Shown here: piece by piece, positions 7,894-16,869 of the stretch
How the letters are laid out: each line of letters starts with the position of its first letter
How positions within the stretch are numbered: the stretch's first letter is position 1
Assembly (NCBI GenBank): GCA_050743125.1
Contig: JBOGEB010000013.1
Location: 11,287-43,286, forward strand
DNA from: Egibacteraceae bacterium
GTDB lineage: Bacteria > Actinomycetota > Nitriliruptoria > Euzebyales > Egibacteraceae
Direction of reading: 5' to 3'
Length of the DNA: 32,000 nt
Translations under genes and position numbers: made by a program
The notes under the pieces: generated by a model
Told to the model about the DNA's origin: nothing
The model's input: only the letters and a program-made list of their open reading frames with translations
Databases searched by the model: none

Positions 7894-9003
7894 CCCGGCG
7901 GCGTCCTCGCGATCGACGGCGACGAGGCTGATCGCCTCGCCGAGCGCCTGAAGGGCCTGCTCGCCGGCACGGTCCTGTTGGGCCGGTCCCGCCGGGCCGG
8001 GTACGGCGGGGACCCGGCGATCGAGTGGGACGCGCTGGGCGACCGCGAGGTCGAGGGGCCACAGGTGGTCCCGCTCGACCGGGATCTCCAGGCGGGCGGG
8101 ACCGTCCGGCTGCTGCTCACCTCGCCGTACCTCGGCCGTCATGCCGACACCGGTCAGCCCGACCCCACCTACCTGACGACCGAGATCGAGCGGCGCCTCG
8201 GCGCGGTCACCGTCGTGCGGCGGCGCTGGGCGTTCACCGAGGCCGGCGGCTACAACCGCGCTTGGGGGCTGCCGCTGCCCCAGCGCGCCGCCCTGGCCGC
8301 CGGATCAGTGCTGCTCCTGCGGGCGGACCACACCGTGCCTGCGGAACCGCTGCAGGACGTCGAGCACAGCGGGCTCGGCGACCGGCGGGTCGACGGCTTC
8401 GGCCGCTGCGTCTTCCTCCAGGCGCCGACCAAGACCGTCACCCTGCACGCCACCCCGAAGGCTCCACCGGCGCCGGCGCCCAACGGCCAGAGCCCGCCGA
8501 CGCTCGTGCGCACGATCGAGCGGCGGATCGCCGAGGCGCGGGTCCGTGACGAGATCGAAGACGTCGCCGCCACGATCGCCCACAGCGCGACAGGGATCCC
8601 GACGTCCAGCCTGATCGGGCGGCTGCGTGTGCCGTTGCGCGGCGACCCAGCGGCCGGGCTCGCCGAGCTCGCCGTATGGGTGGGGTCCAACGACACGACC
8701 GCGCGGCTGCGCCGACCGGCGCTCGACCAGCTCCACCGCTGCCGGCTGACAGAGCCCGACGAGGGGCCGACGACGACCCTTCTCACGTGGCTGCGAGACC
8801 TCTCCCACGACGGCGGGAAGCGACTCAACCGCCTCCTCCGGCTCGACGTCGTCGCCCACAACGCGGCGATCGGAGCAGAGGCCGCGCTCCGCGCAGACGT
8901 GGGGAAGAGCGCCACCGCGCACCGGGCGCTCCTGGTCGATGCGGTCCTGGCCGCGCTCCGCCTCCGGCTGAAGACCACGAGCCAGGAGGGCGTCGATGAC
9001 TGA
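7894..9003 (+). pseudogene. Cas5(Csx10)-Cas11 fusion-like type III subunit, N-terminally truncated
   Basis: The C-terminal ~370 aa of ORF 7729..9003 carries two RAMP glycine-rich loops (LLGRSRRAGYGG; GLGDRRVDGFGRCVF) plus GGYNRAWGLPLP, then a ~170-aa helical Cas11-like tail. The first G-loop lies ~30 aa from the junction, so most of the first RRM is missing. The ORF's first ~55 codons (7729-7893) are antisense to the HepT fragment and are not genuine coding. Confidence 0.6.
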
Positions 9004-10420
9004 CCTCGCCGACACCGGCGGTGCCCGCCGCCTCCGGGCACGTTGGGTGCTCGCCGCTGACCTCGTCCTCCGCACCGCCGCGCACCTCGGCGGGCAGGAC
9101 GAGGGAGCGGCCGACCTCAACGTGATCCGTGACCGGGTGGGCGGCGGGCCGCTCCTGCCAGGGACGTCGCTCGCGGGAGCGCTCCGCGGCCACCTGTGCG
9201 ACCGGCTGGGTGGGTACGCCAGCGCGGAGGCTGACCCGCGTATCGCGACGCTGTTCGGCGCCCGCCGCGCGGAGGACGGCGGCTCGCAGAGCCCGCTGGT
9301 CGTGTTCGACAGCCTCGGCCGCCTGCCTGCGGCTGGCACAGAGATCCGTGACGGGGTGAGCATCGACCACGGCACCGGCACCGCCGCCGAGAACAAGAAG
9401 TTCGACCTCGAGATCCTGCCCGCGGGAACGCGGTTCCCCGCCAGGATCGAGCTGCTGATCGACAACGGCGTCGATGAGCACGAGCTGGTCTCGCTGCTGC
9501 TCGCGGCCCTGCAGGGTCTGGCCGGCGGGGAGATCGCGCTCGGCGCGCGCCGCTCACGGGGACTCGGGCGCGTGGAGACCCGCGTATGGCGGGCCCACCG
9601 ATACGACCTCTCCTCGGCGGACGGGTGGCTGGCCTGGCTGTGCGCCGACCCCGCCGCGCCGATCCCCGACGACGTCGCCGGGCACGAGGATCCCGCTTCA
9701 GCGTGCGACACGGCGTGGCCGGCCCTGCGGCGGAGATCGACGCCGGACCAGCGCGAGCGCGTCACGGTCGTCGCGCGGCTGGAGGTGCAGGGCGCCGTCT
9801 TGGTCCGCAGCCCGGCGGACTCGGCCGACGCACCGGACGTCGCGCACCTCCGCTCGGGCGGCGTGGGTGTCCTGCCCGGCACGAGCCTTGCCGGCGTCCT
9901 GCGGGCTCGGGCGCTGCGGATCCTCGATCTCCTCGGCGCTGACGGACGCCGCGACGGGCTCGTCGACGGGCTGTTCGGGTGGACGCCCCAGGGTCGGGCC
10001 GAGCCGGGAGGCCGGTCGTCGCGCCTGCGGATCGCCGAGAGCGTGATCGACGGCGGCGACCCCGTCCGCCAGACCCGCATCCGCGTCGACCGCGCGACGC
10101 AGGGCGTTGCGCGAGGCGCGCTGTTCGAGGAGGAGCCGCACGCCGGCGGCGAGCTGGACGTGCGCATGGAGCTCCGGAGCCCGAGAGACGGCGAGACCGG
10201 TCTGGTCCTGCTGCTGCTCAAGGATCTCCTCACCGGCGACCTCCCGGTCGGGGGGAGCGCGGCGGTCGGTCGTGGCGTCGTACGCGGGTCGGCGGTCGTG
10301 ACGTTCCCGGACGGCAGCACCGCCCGCCTGGAGCCCCCCGAGGCCGAGCAGCGCGCTCGGCTCGACGCGGAGATCCGCATGCTCGCGGCGGTGGCCGCGC
10401 GACAGGAGGCTGCCCGGTGA
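8996..10420 (+). CDS. cas7: double Cas7 (Csm3/Cmr4-like x2) RAMP backbone subunit
   Basis: 474 aa with two repeats of the Cas7 signature (ADLNVIRDRVGGGPLLPGTSLAGALRGHL; DAPDVAHLRSGGVGVLPGTSLAGVLRARA) and G-rich loops (GARRSRGLGRV; GGSAAVGRGVV). Candidate catalytic Asp residues are retained in both halves. The ATG overlaps the upstream stop by 8 nt. Confidence 0.8.
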   Translation: MTDLADTGGARRLRARWVLAADLVLRTAAHLGGQDEGAADLNVIRDRVGGGPLLPGTSLAGALRGHLCDRLGGYASAEADPRIATLFGARRAEDGGSQSPLVVFDSLGRLPAAGTEIRDGVSIDHGTGTAAENKKFDLEILPAGTRFPARIELLIDNGVDEHELVSLLLAALQGLAGGEIALGARRSRGLGRVETRVWRAHRYDLSSADGWLAWLCADPAAPIPDDVAGHEDPASACDTAWPALRRRSTPDQRERVTVVARLEVQGAVLVRSPADSADAPDVAHLRSGGVGVLPGTSLAGVLRARALRILDLLGADGRRDGLVDGLFGWTPQGRAEPGGRSSRLRIAESVIDGGDPVRQTRIRVDRATQGVARGALFEEEPHAGGELDVRMELRSPRDGETGLVLLLLKDLLTGDLPVGGSAAVGRGVVRGSAVVTFPDGSTARLEPPEAEQRARLDAEIRMLAAVAARQEAAR

Positions 10421-11013
10421 TCACGCTCGAGCGCTGCACTCTGAGCCCGCTGTCACCCGAAGACTGCGGACAGCTTCTCGACTGGGTGCTCGGCGAGGGT
10501 CCGCCGCCGGACGATGCCGGCAATCCCCGCTGGCTGCTCGCCCACTGCGACGACGGGGTCGTCTGGGGCCACCGCCGGACGCCGGACGGCTCGTGGGCGC
10601 TGTCGTCGGCTGCGTTCCCGGCCGTCTCGCCGCCGCTGCGGGCCGGCACGCTCCAAGAGCTGCGCGTGTTCGGCTTCGACGAGGAGCGGCTGGTCTGGCG
10701 GGCCGACGGCGGGCTCGCCGGTCGCCGGCTCCGGGACGCGCCCAACGGGCGAGGCGAGGGGACCGAGCACGTGGAGGACGTCCGCATCGTCCGTGGCGAG
10801 CACGTCCCGGAGGAGCCCCGAAGCGGTTTCACGCTGGTCACCGACAGCGCCGGCTCACGGCACGCTGTGCCAACGGCGTGCGCAGAGGCGGAATTCAAGA
10901 ACGGTCAGCGGGTGCGGCTGGTGCTGCGCCACTACCTGGAGCAGGACTCGAAGACCGGGGCGGTGCGCATCGCCGCCACCCGTCTCGTCGACCTCGAGCT
11001 GGAGCGTGGATGA
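10417..11013 (+). CDS. csx19: Csx19-like (TIGR03984-type) small type III-D subunit
   Basis: GTG at 10417 overlaps the upstream TGA (GTGA), with AGGAGG 7 nt upstream. 198 aa. Its position between the double Cas7 and the large Cas7-insertion gene matches the III-D variant gene order. Family assignment is by recall plus synteny, not by alignment. Confidence 0.55.
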   Translation: MITLERCTLSPLSPEDCGQLLDWVLGEGPPPDDAGNPRWLLAHCDDGVVWGHRRTPDGSWALSSAAFPAVSPPLRAGTLQELRVFGFDEERLVWRADGGLAGRRLRDAPNGRGEGTEHVEDVRIVRGEHVPEEPRSGFTLVTDSAGSRHAVPTACAEAEFKNGQRVRLVLRHYLEQDSKTGAVRIAATRLVDLELERG

Positions 11014-11014
11014 C

Positions 11015-13216
11015 ATGGAGCACCTCCCCCACCACGTCAACCCGCCCGACGGCCGCACGGCGACGGCGCCGTACAACTTCGTGCCGCTCCCCCAGCAGGT
11101 GCTGCTCGCCGAGAGGGTGGTGACCGGCGAGCCGTGGAAGGCGCACGACCGCTGGCTGCCCGGCACCCACAGCGGGTGGATCGACCTCCAGATCGAGACG
11201 CTGACCCCGCTGTTCGTCCGCGGACCGGTCCTGCGCCAGGAAGGCGGGTGGGACAAGCGCGAGGCCCGCCTGCGCCCCGAGCCGTGGACGACGGCCGACG
11301 GCCGGCCGGCCATCCCCGGCTCGAGCCTGCGCGGGATGCTCCGCACCCTCGTCGAGATCCTCGCGTTCGCAACGATCACCCCGGTCAGCGACGCCAAGCC
11401 GTTCTTCCGCACGGTGTCCGCCGACCGGCTCGGCATCGCCTACCGCAACCGGGTCCTCCAGAACGGCAAGAGCAAGCCGGAGGGCGGGTTCCTCCGGCGC
11501 CGAGGAGAGGGTTGGGTAGTGGAGCCCGCAATGGTCCTGCGCGTGCCCCACCGCAAGCATGCCCAGGGCTTCGGTTACCGCCAGCACCCGAGCTACCACC
11601 CCGACTGGGCGCTCCAGCACCAGCAGTGCTGGGTGCAGCGCGACGGCGAGCGGGTGACAGCGATCGAGATCGGCGCGAAGAGGCCGAAGGGCGACGGTTG
11701 GGCCGAGGGCACGCTCGTGCTGACCGGCAGCGCGCCCAACAAGGAGGCCGAGTTCGTGTTCCTCGCGAACCGCGCCGCCAAGCCCGCCGAGGTCCCGGAC
11801 GAGGTCTGGGAGCGGTTCCACGACGACGACCAGATCAGCCAATGGCAGGAGAAGGGCTTCCCAGAGCACGAACCGGCAGGTGGCCGGCGCCGGGCCGCCG
11901 GCCACCTGCGCGACGGCGAGCCGGTGTTCTTCCTGCGGGAGAGCGCTGACCAAGTGCGGTTCCTCGGCCGCGCGCAGATGTTCCGGTTCCCGTACGACCG
12001 CAGCATGGCCGACCTCGTTCCCCCGGCGCTGCGCGGTGCCGAACTCGACGTCGCGGAGGCCGTGTTCGGCCGGGTGCGCAAGGACCGGAACGACCCGCTC
12101 CCGACCGTGAAGGGGCGCGTGTTCGTCGAGGACGCGGTCGGGGTCAGCCATCGGAGGGGGTGGTTCGAGCCTGATCTGGTCCCGCAGATCCTCTCGTCTC
12201 CCAAGCCGACGACGTTCCCTCACTACCTGACACAGGACGGCCGTCAGCCCAAGGAGGCGCTCACGACCTACCTCGCGGGCGACGAGACCACGATCCGCGG
12301 CCACAAGCTCTACTGGCACCGCTGGGGCGAGGACGAGCTGGCCGACGTCTGTGACCGGTCCCAGAGCCCCCGCAGCAGCCAGCACACGGTCATCCGACCG
12401 GTGCGGGCCGGGGTCACGTTCGAGGGACGGGTCCGCTTCGAGAACTTGAGCGACGTCGAGCTGGGCGCGCTCCTCGCGGCGCTGAGGCTCCCGTCCGGCT
12501 GCGCGCACAAGCTCGGCATGGCCAAGCCGCTCGGCCTGGGCAGCGTCAGGATCACCCCCGCGCTCCACCTCGTCGACCGCGCCGCGCGCTACCGCTCGTG
12601 GAGCGACACGGGGCAACGGCCTGACCAGGACGCGGCAGTAGAGGCGCATTGTGTGGACGCATTCGTGGCCGCAGTGCTCGCGCACGCCGGCACGAGCCAG
12701 GAGGCGACGCTGGAGGAGCAAGAGGGCCTCCGGAGGGTTGCCCGGCTCGACGCGCTCTTCACGATGCTGTCCTGGGAGGAACACCCGCCGCGGGAGGCGA
12801 CCGCGTACATGCCCCTGGCCGGCTTCAAGGACCGGAAGGTCCTCCCGACCCCGCACCGCGTAAGCGACCCCAAGCGGGACGAGCCGGACTGGCCCGGGCC
12901 CGCGCCGACGGCGGCGCCCGAGGAGCCCGACCCCGACCGTCCGCCGGCCGCTGCGACTGCCGTCGGCAGCGTCGTTCAGGGAACCGCGCTGGAGGCCAAG
13001 ACGAACAAGGGCGGCTGGGTGTTCGCCTTGCCCGACGGCCAGGAGGGCATCTTCGCCCCGGGCTGCCCTCAACCGTCTGATCTCGCGCCAGGGCGCCAGT
13101 ACAACTTTGTGCGGAAGACCGATCCACCGCGCAGCGAGCGGGCACAGCTGTGGTGGGTCGATCCCGACGCTCCTCCACCAGCGCCAAGGGCCCGGCCCGA
13201 CCGCCGTCGGCGCTAG
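11015..13216 (+). CDS. cas7: large RAMP protein, Cas7 with insertion (TIGR03986-like), with extra C-terminal domain
   Basis: 733 aa. Motifs: APYNFVPLP, GWIDLQIETLTPLFVRGP, RPAIPGSSLRGMLRTLVEILAF, LYWHRWG, and C-terminal G-loop KLGMAKPLGLGSVRIT. A large insertion separates the motifs. The ATG is 2 nt after the upstream stop. Confidence 0.8.
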   Translation: MEHLPHHVNPPDGRTATAPYNFVPLPQQVLLAERVVTGEPWKAHDRWLPGTHSGWIDLQIETLTPLFVRGPVLRQEGGWDKREARLRPEPWTTADGRPAIPGSSLRGMLRTLVEILAFATITPVSDAKPFFRTVSADRLGIAYRNRVLQNGKSKPEGGFLRRRGEGWVVEPAMVLRVPHRKHAQGFGYRQHPSYHPDWALQHQQCWVQRDGERVTAIEIGAKRPKGDGWAEGTLVLTGSAPNKEAEFVFLANRAAKPAEVPDEVWERFHDDDQISQWQEKGFPEHEPAGGRRRAAGHLRDGEPVFFLRESADQVRFLGRAQMFRFPYDRSMADLVPPALRGAELDVAEAVFGRVRKDRNDPLPTVKGRVFVEDAVGVSHRRGWFEPDLVPQILSSPKPTTFPHYLTQDGRQPKEALTTYLAGDETTIRGHKLYWHRWGEDELADVCDRSQSPRSSQHTVIRPVRAGVTFEGRVRFENLSDVELGALLAALRLPSGCAHKLGMAKPLGLGSVRITPALHLVDRAARYRSWSDTGQRPDQDAAVEAHCVDAFVAAVLAHAGTSQEATLEEQEGLRRVARLDALFTMLSWEEHPPREATAYMPLAGFKDRKVLPTPHRVSDPKRDEPDWPGPAPTAAPEEPDPDRPPAAATAVGSVVQGTALEAKTNKGGWVFALPDGQEGIFAPGCPQPSDLAPGRQYNFVRKTDPPRSERAQLWWVDPDAPPPAPRARPDRRRR

Positions 13217-13223
13217 AAGCCCG

Positions 13224-13628
13224 ATGCGTACCGCCAGGTCGCCGCTGGTCTGCAACTTCTCGCACCCGCTGACCCATGCGCACGTCGAGCAGTTGGAGGC
13301 GTTGCTCGGCGTCCCGGTGGACGCGGTGATCGAGCGACCGACCGTCTTCGACCCTGGGACGCCGTTCGCCGAGCAGGCCAGGCGGCTGGTCGACGCCGTC
13401 GGGCTGAGCGTGGCCGAGTGGCAGACCCGCCCGATCGTCGTGCACCTGCCGGGACACAGCGTGATCGCCGCCCTGGTCCTGGCCGAGCTGCACGGGCGCA
13501 CCGGTGGGTTCCCTGCGGTGCTGCGGCTCCGGCGTCTGGAGCCGCTCAACGAGTTCACCGTCGCGGAGCTGATCGACCTGCAGGCCGTGCGCGAGGCCGG
13601 CAGGGGAACCCGCATGGAGAGGAGGTGA
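13224..13628 (+). CDS. small CRISPR-associated accessory protein (possibly Csx15-like; uncertain)
   Basis: 134 aa, MRTARSPLVCNFSHPLTHAHVEQLEALLG... It is packed tightly between the effector genes and cas6 (8 nt after the upstream stop, 3 nt before the cas6 ATG). Alpha/beta-like pattern. The family name is from weak recall only. Confidence 0.4.
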   Translation: MRTARSPLVCNFSHPLTHAHVEQLEALLGVPVDAVIERPTVFDPGTPFAEQARRLVDAVGLSVAEWQTRPIVVHLPGHSVIAALVLAELHGRTGGFPAVLRLRRLEPLNEFTVAELIDLQAVREAGRGTRMERR

Positions 13629-13631
13629 GCG

Positions 13632-14390
13632 ATGCCGGTCGCCTACACGCTCCTGCTCCGAACCGGAGCCGCGGCGCCGGAGCCGACGCATGAGGATCTG
13701 CACCGGCTCGCGTGCCGGCTGGTGGAGCCGCCGGGCAACCCGGCGCATCAGGATCAGCGCAAGCCGTTCACGCTGTGGCCGCTGCAGGTGGCGCCGGAGC
13801 GGGGAGACGAGTGCCAGCTGCGGCTGAACTGGCTGCCGGTCGACGACGGCCTCGGCAGCCACCTGCGGCTGGCGCTGGGCCGGCGGCTGTGGCTGGGGAC
13901 CGCGGAGGTCGTCCCGCTCGACGTCGACCGACAGGGCACGAGCTACCAGACACTGCGTGACCTCCCACCGCTGTGGCAAGCCGACCTGCGGTTCCTCTCC
14001 CCCACCTATTTCTCGCGCAGCGGGAGGGACTACCTGCTGCCCGACCCGGCGCTGATCGTGCGCAGCCTCGTCGTCCGCTGGAACGAGCAGGTCGAGGAGC
14101 GCCCCGCGCTGGCGATCGACGGGGACGTGGCGCGCGAGCTCGGCCGGCGGGTGATCCTCAAGGCCCACGAGCTGTACACCGTGCGGGTGACGGGCGCGGA
14201 CGGACGGCCGCGGACCGGGTTCAAGGGGCAGGCGCGGCTGGGTCTGCGGACCGCCGAGCGACGCTCGGCCGAGGGCGTCGCCTGCGCGCGGCTGCTCGCC
14301 ACGCTGTGCGCCTTCGTGCCCTACTGCGGGTTGGGGGCGCAGACGACGCACGGCCTCGGCGCCGTCGCGGTCTACTCGGCGGATGGGTGA
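13632..14390 (+). CDS. cas6: Cas6 CRISPR RNA endoribonuclease
   Basis: 252 aa. Strong SD (GGAGAGGAGG). C-terminal Cas6 glycine-rich signature YCGLGAQTTHGLGAV. Double-RRM size, and position immediately upstream of the adaptation genes. Confidence 0.8.
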   Translation: MPVAYTLLLRTGAAAPEPTHEDLHRLACRLVEPPGNPAHQDQRKPFTLWPLQVAPERGDECQLRLNWLPVDDGLGSHLRLALGRRLWLGTAEVVPLDVDRQGTSYQTLRDLPPLWQADLRFLSPTYFSRSGRDYLLPDPALIVRSLVVRWNEQVEERPALAIDGDVARELGRRVILKAHELYTVRVTGADGRPRTGFKGQARLGLRTAERRSAEGVACARLLATLCAFVPYCGLGAQTTHGLGAVAVYSADG

Positions 14391-16254
14391 GCTGCTCGAC
14401 CGGGCGGCGCGCCAGCAGGCGCTGCTGGACGCCTAGCACGACCTGCGCGCCGAGGCCCGGCAGGAGGGGCGGCTCGACGCGCACTTCGCGGCGTTCGAGC
14501 ACCAAGCGGCACAGCGGCTGGCCACGATCTCGAGCAGGCTGCGCGAGGGCGCCTGGCAGCCGTCGCCGGTGCGCCGGGTGGCCATCGCGAAGCCGGCGGG
14601 CGGCCAGCGGGTCCTCGGCGTGCCAGTCCTGGAGGACCGCGTGGTCGAGCGCGCCCTGCTCCGTGTCATCGACACGGTGATCGACCCCGAGCTGCTGCCT
14701 TGGTCGTTCGGCTACCGCCGAGGCCTGGGGGTGCAGGATGCGCTGCGCTGCCTGACCGAGGCGCGGGACGAGGGCGCGCCCTGGGTCGCCCGCGGCGACT
14801 TCACCCGCTGCTTCGACGAGGTCCCGCGCGCCCGGCTGCTGGACCGGCTCGCGAAGGTCGTCCCGGACGCCGAGCTGGTCGACCTCGTCCGGGCGCTCGT
14901 GCACCGGCCGGTCGAGGGCGGACCGCGGCACAGCGAGAAGGGGCTGCACCAGGGGTCCGCGATCTCGCCCGTCCTCACGAACCTCTACCTCGACCAGTTC
15001 GACCGGACGATGCTCGACGGCGGCTGGCAGGTGATCCGCTACGGCGACGACTACGCCATCCCGGTCGCCGACCGTGTGGCCGGCGACGCGGCGGTCGGGG
15101 CCGCGCAGCGGGCCGCGGCCGGCCTCGGCCTGGAGCTGAGCCCACAGAAGTGCAGCGTCCGCTCGTTCGACGAGGGCGTGCCCTTCCTCGGCCAGGTCGT
15201 CACCAGCGGCACAGGGCTGCGGACCGAGCAGCGCAGCCATCCGCACGCCACGACCGTGTTCGTGGCCGAGGAGCCGAACGGGCTGCTGCGCAGCCGCGGC
15301 TCCCGTCTGCGGTTGGAGCGCGGCGGCGAGCTGGTGTTCAGCGTCGCCTTCCCGCGCGTCCGCCAGGTCGTGGTGTTCGGGCGGGTCGGGATGACCACTC
15401 CGTTCCTCCAGCAGGTCCTGGTCCGCGGCATCGACGTGGTGCTGCTCAGCGACCACGGCAGGTACATCGGCCGGCTGCAGGGCGCGACGGCGACGAACCC
15501 GTTCGTCCGGCAGCGCCAGTACGAGGCCGAGCGCACGAGCGCGCGCCGGATGGACCTGGCGCAGCGGGTCGTCCGTGGGAAGATCGTCAACCTGCGGGTC
15601 GGGCTGCTGCGAGCGCGCCGACGCGTGGAGCAGCCGTCGTTCACGCGCCGCATCGACCGAATGGGCGAGCTGCTCGAGTCCGTGCCCGGCGCGAGGAGCC
15701 TGGCGTCGCTGATGGGCGTCGAGGGCGCGGCGACGCGCGACTACTTCGCCGGGCTCACCCAGCTCATCGCTGCTGAGTGGGGGTTCACGCACCGACGGCG
15801 CCGGCCACCGTCCGACCCCTTCAACTCCCTGCTCAGCCTCGGCTACACGCTGCTGTTCCAAGAGACGATCGCCGCGTTGGAGGTCGCCGGCCTCGACCCG
15901 TACGTCGGCTTCCTGCACGAGGCGCGGGTCGGCCGGCCGGGCCTGGCGCTCGACCTGATCGAGGAGTTCCGGCCCGTGATCTTCGACTCGGTCGCGCTGC
16001 GGGCGGTGAACACCGGGATGCTGCGCCAAGAGCACTTCACGTGCGACCCCGGCCCACCCGTGTCGTGCCTGCTGACCAACGAGGGGCGGAAGCTCTACCT
16101 GGCCGCCTACGAACGGCGCATGCTCACGCTGATGAGCCATCCCGGCACGCACCGCCGGGTCTCCTATCGTGTGGCGCTCAGCCTGCAGGCCCGCGCGCTC
16201 GCCGACGAGCTGCTCGGCCAAGCCGCCCGCTACGAGCCGCTGGTGTGGAAGTGA
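14383..16254 (+). CDS. cas1: reverse transcriptase-Cas1 fusion, interrupted by in-frame TAG at 14434-14436 (longest clean ORF 14569..16254)
   Basis: ATG at 14383 overlaps the cas6 stop (ATGGGTGA). N-terminus is MGELLDRAARQQALLDA*HDLRAEA.... RT motifs: KPAGGQRVLGVPVLEDRVVERALL, GDFTRCFDEV, GLHQGSAISPVLTNLYL, RYGDDYAI (YxDD), FLGQVV. The Cas1 part carries GVEGAATRDYF, NSLLSLGYTLL, GFLHEARVGRPGLALDLIEEFRP. Confidence 0.85.
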
Positions 16255-16529
16255 TCTACCTCGTCGCCTACGACATCGCCGACGACCGCCGCCGCGAGGA
16301 GATCGCCGCCATCCTCTCCACCTACGGCGCCCGGGTGCAGCTGAGCGTCTTCGAGTGCGAGCTGGCCGACCCCGCCACCGTGGCAACGGTCACGGGCTTG
16401 CTCACCCGCACGATCGAGCCCGCCGAGGACCAGATCCGCCTGTACCCCCTGCCCGCCGGCTCCGTCCGCGGAACCGAGATCATCGGCAACCGCCGCCTCG
16501 AGGAGCGCGCCGACTTCTGGATCGTATGA
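16251..16529 (+). CDS. cas2: Cas2
   Basis: The GTG start overlaps the RT-Cas1 stop (GTGA). 92 aa: VIYLVAYDIADDRRREEIAAILSTYGARVQLSVFECEL...IRLYPL, typical Cas2. Confidence 0.85.
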   Translation: MIYLVAYDIADDRRREEIAAILSTYGARVQLSVFECELADPATVATVTGLLTRTIEPAEDQIRLYPLPAGSVRGTEIIGNRRLEERADFWIV

Positions 16530-16758
16530 CGGCCCCCGGGTCCCTGCGGCTGTCGGATTCACCCCCTTTCGACCGACCGTTGCAGCCCCTCACGCCACGA
16601 CGCCAAACCGGCCCGGTGCGCGCTACGCCATTTCCGCTGGTCAGCGCCCTGCCCGCCCCACACCCGTCCTTCCCTCGGCCCCTCTCCACCCCCCGCCCGC
16701 CCCGGTCCGCGCAACGCCGCGTATACTCCCAGGTCAGCGGCCCCTTTCTGCGGGAAGG

Positions 16759-16869
16759 GTTCCCCCTTAACGCCCGGTGCTCAGGGCATAGAAACGCCGC
16801 CTTCAACATGTGGAGTTGAGGAAAGCGATACCGTTCCGCCTTAGGCCTCGATGTTTCATGTGATTATGC
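16759..16869 (+). CRISPR. vestigial CRISPR array: one 37-nt repeat, one 37-nt spacer, one degenerate terminal repeat
   Basis: R1 (16759-16795) is GTTCCCCCTTAACGCCCGGTGCTCAGGGCATAGAAAC, with a GCCC/GGGC hairpin followed by an 8-nt ATAGAAAC tail. R2 starts exactly 74 nt later (16833) as GTTCCGCCTTAGGCCTCGATGTTTCAT...; 10 of the first 11 nt are identical, then it degenerates. The spacer (16796-16832) is ~54% GC versus ~70% locally. The array begins 230 nt downstream of cas2 on the same strand. There are only two copies, so this is tentative. Confidence 0.4.

Noticed and set aside
8305-16386. Very long minus-strand ORFs opposite the cas genes (8305..10380, 10895..13615, 12825..14351, 14221..16386)
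   Set aside because: All are antisense to plus-strand genes with clear Cas/RT motifs, and all are Arg/Pro/Gly-rich low-complexity translations. They are shadow ORFs.
16704-16740. Possible third CRISPR repeat upstream of R1 (GGTCCGCGCAACGCCGCG...)
   Set aside because: Only ~14/24 matches with a gap, and it lies 55 nt from R1 rather than ~74 nt. This is consistent with chance in GC-rich DNA.
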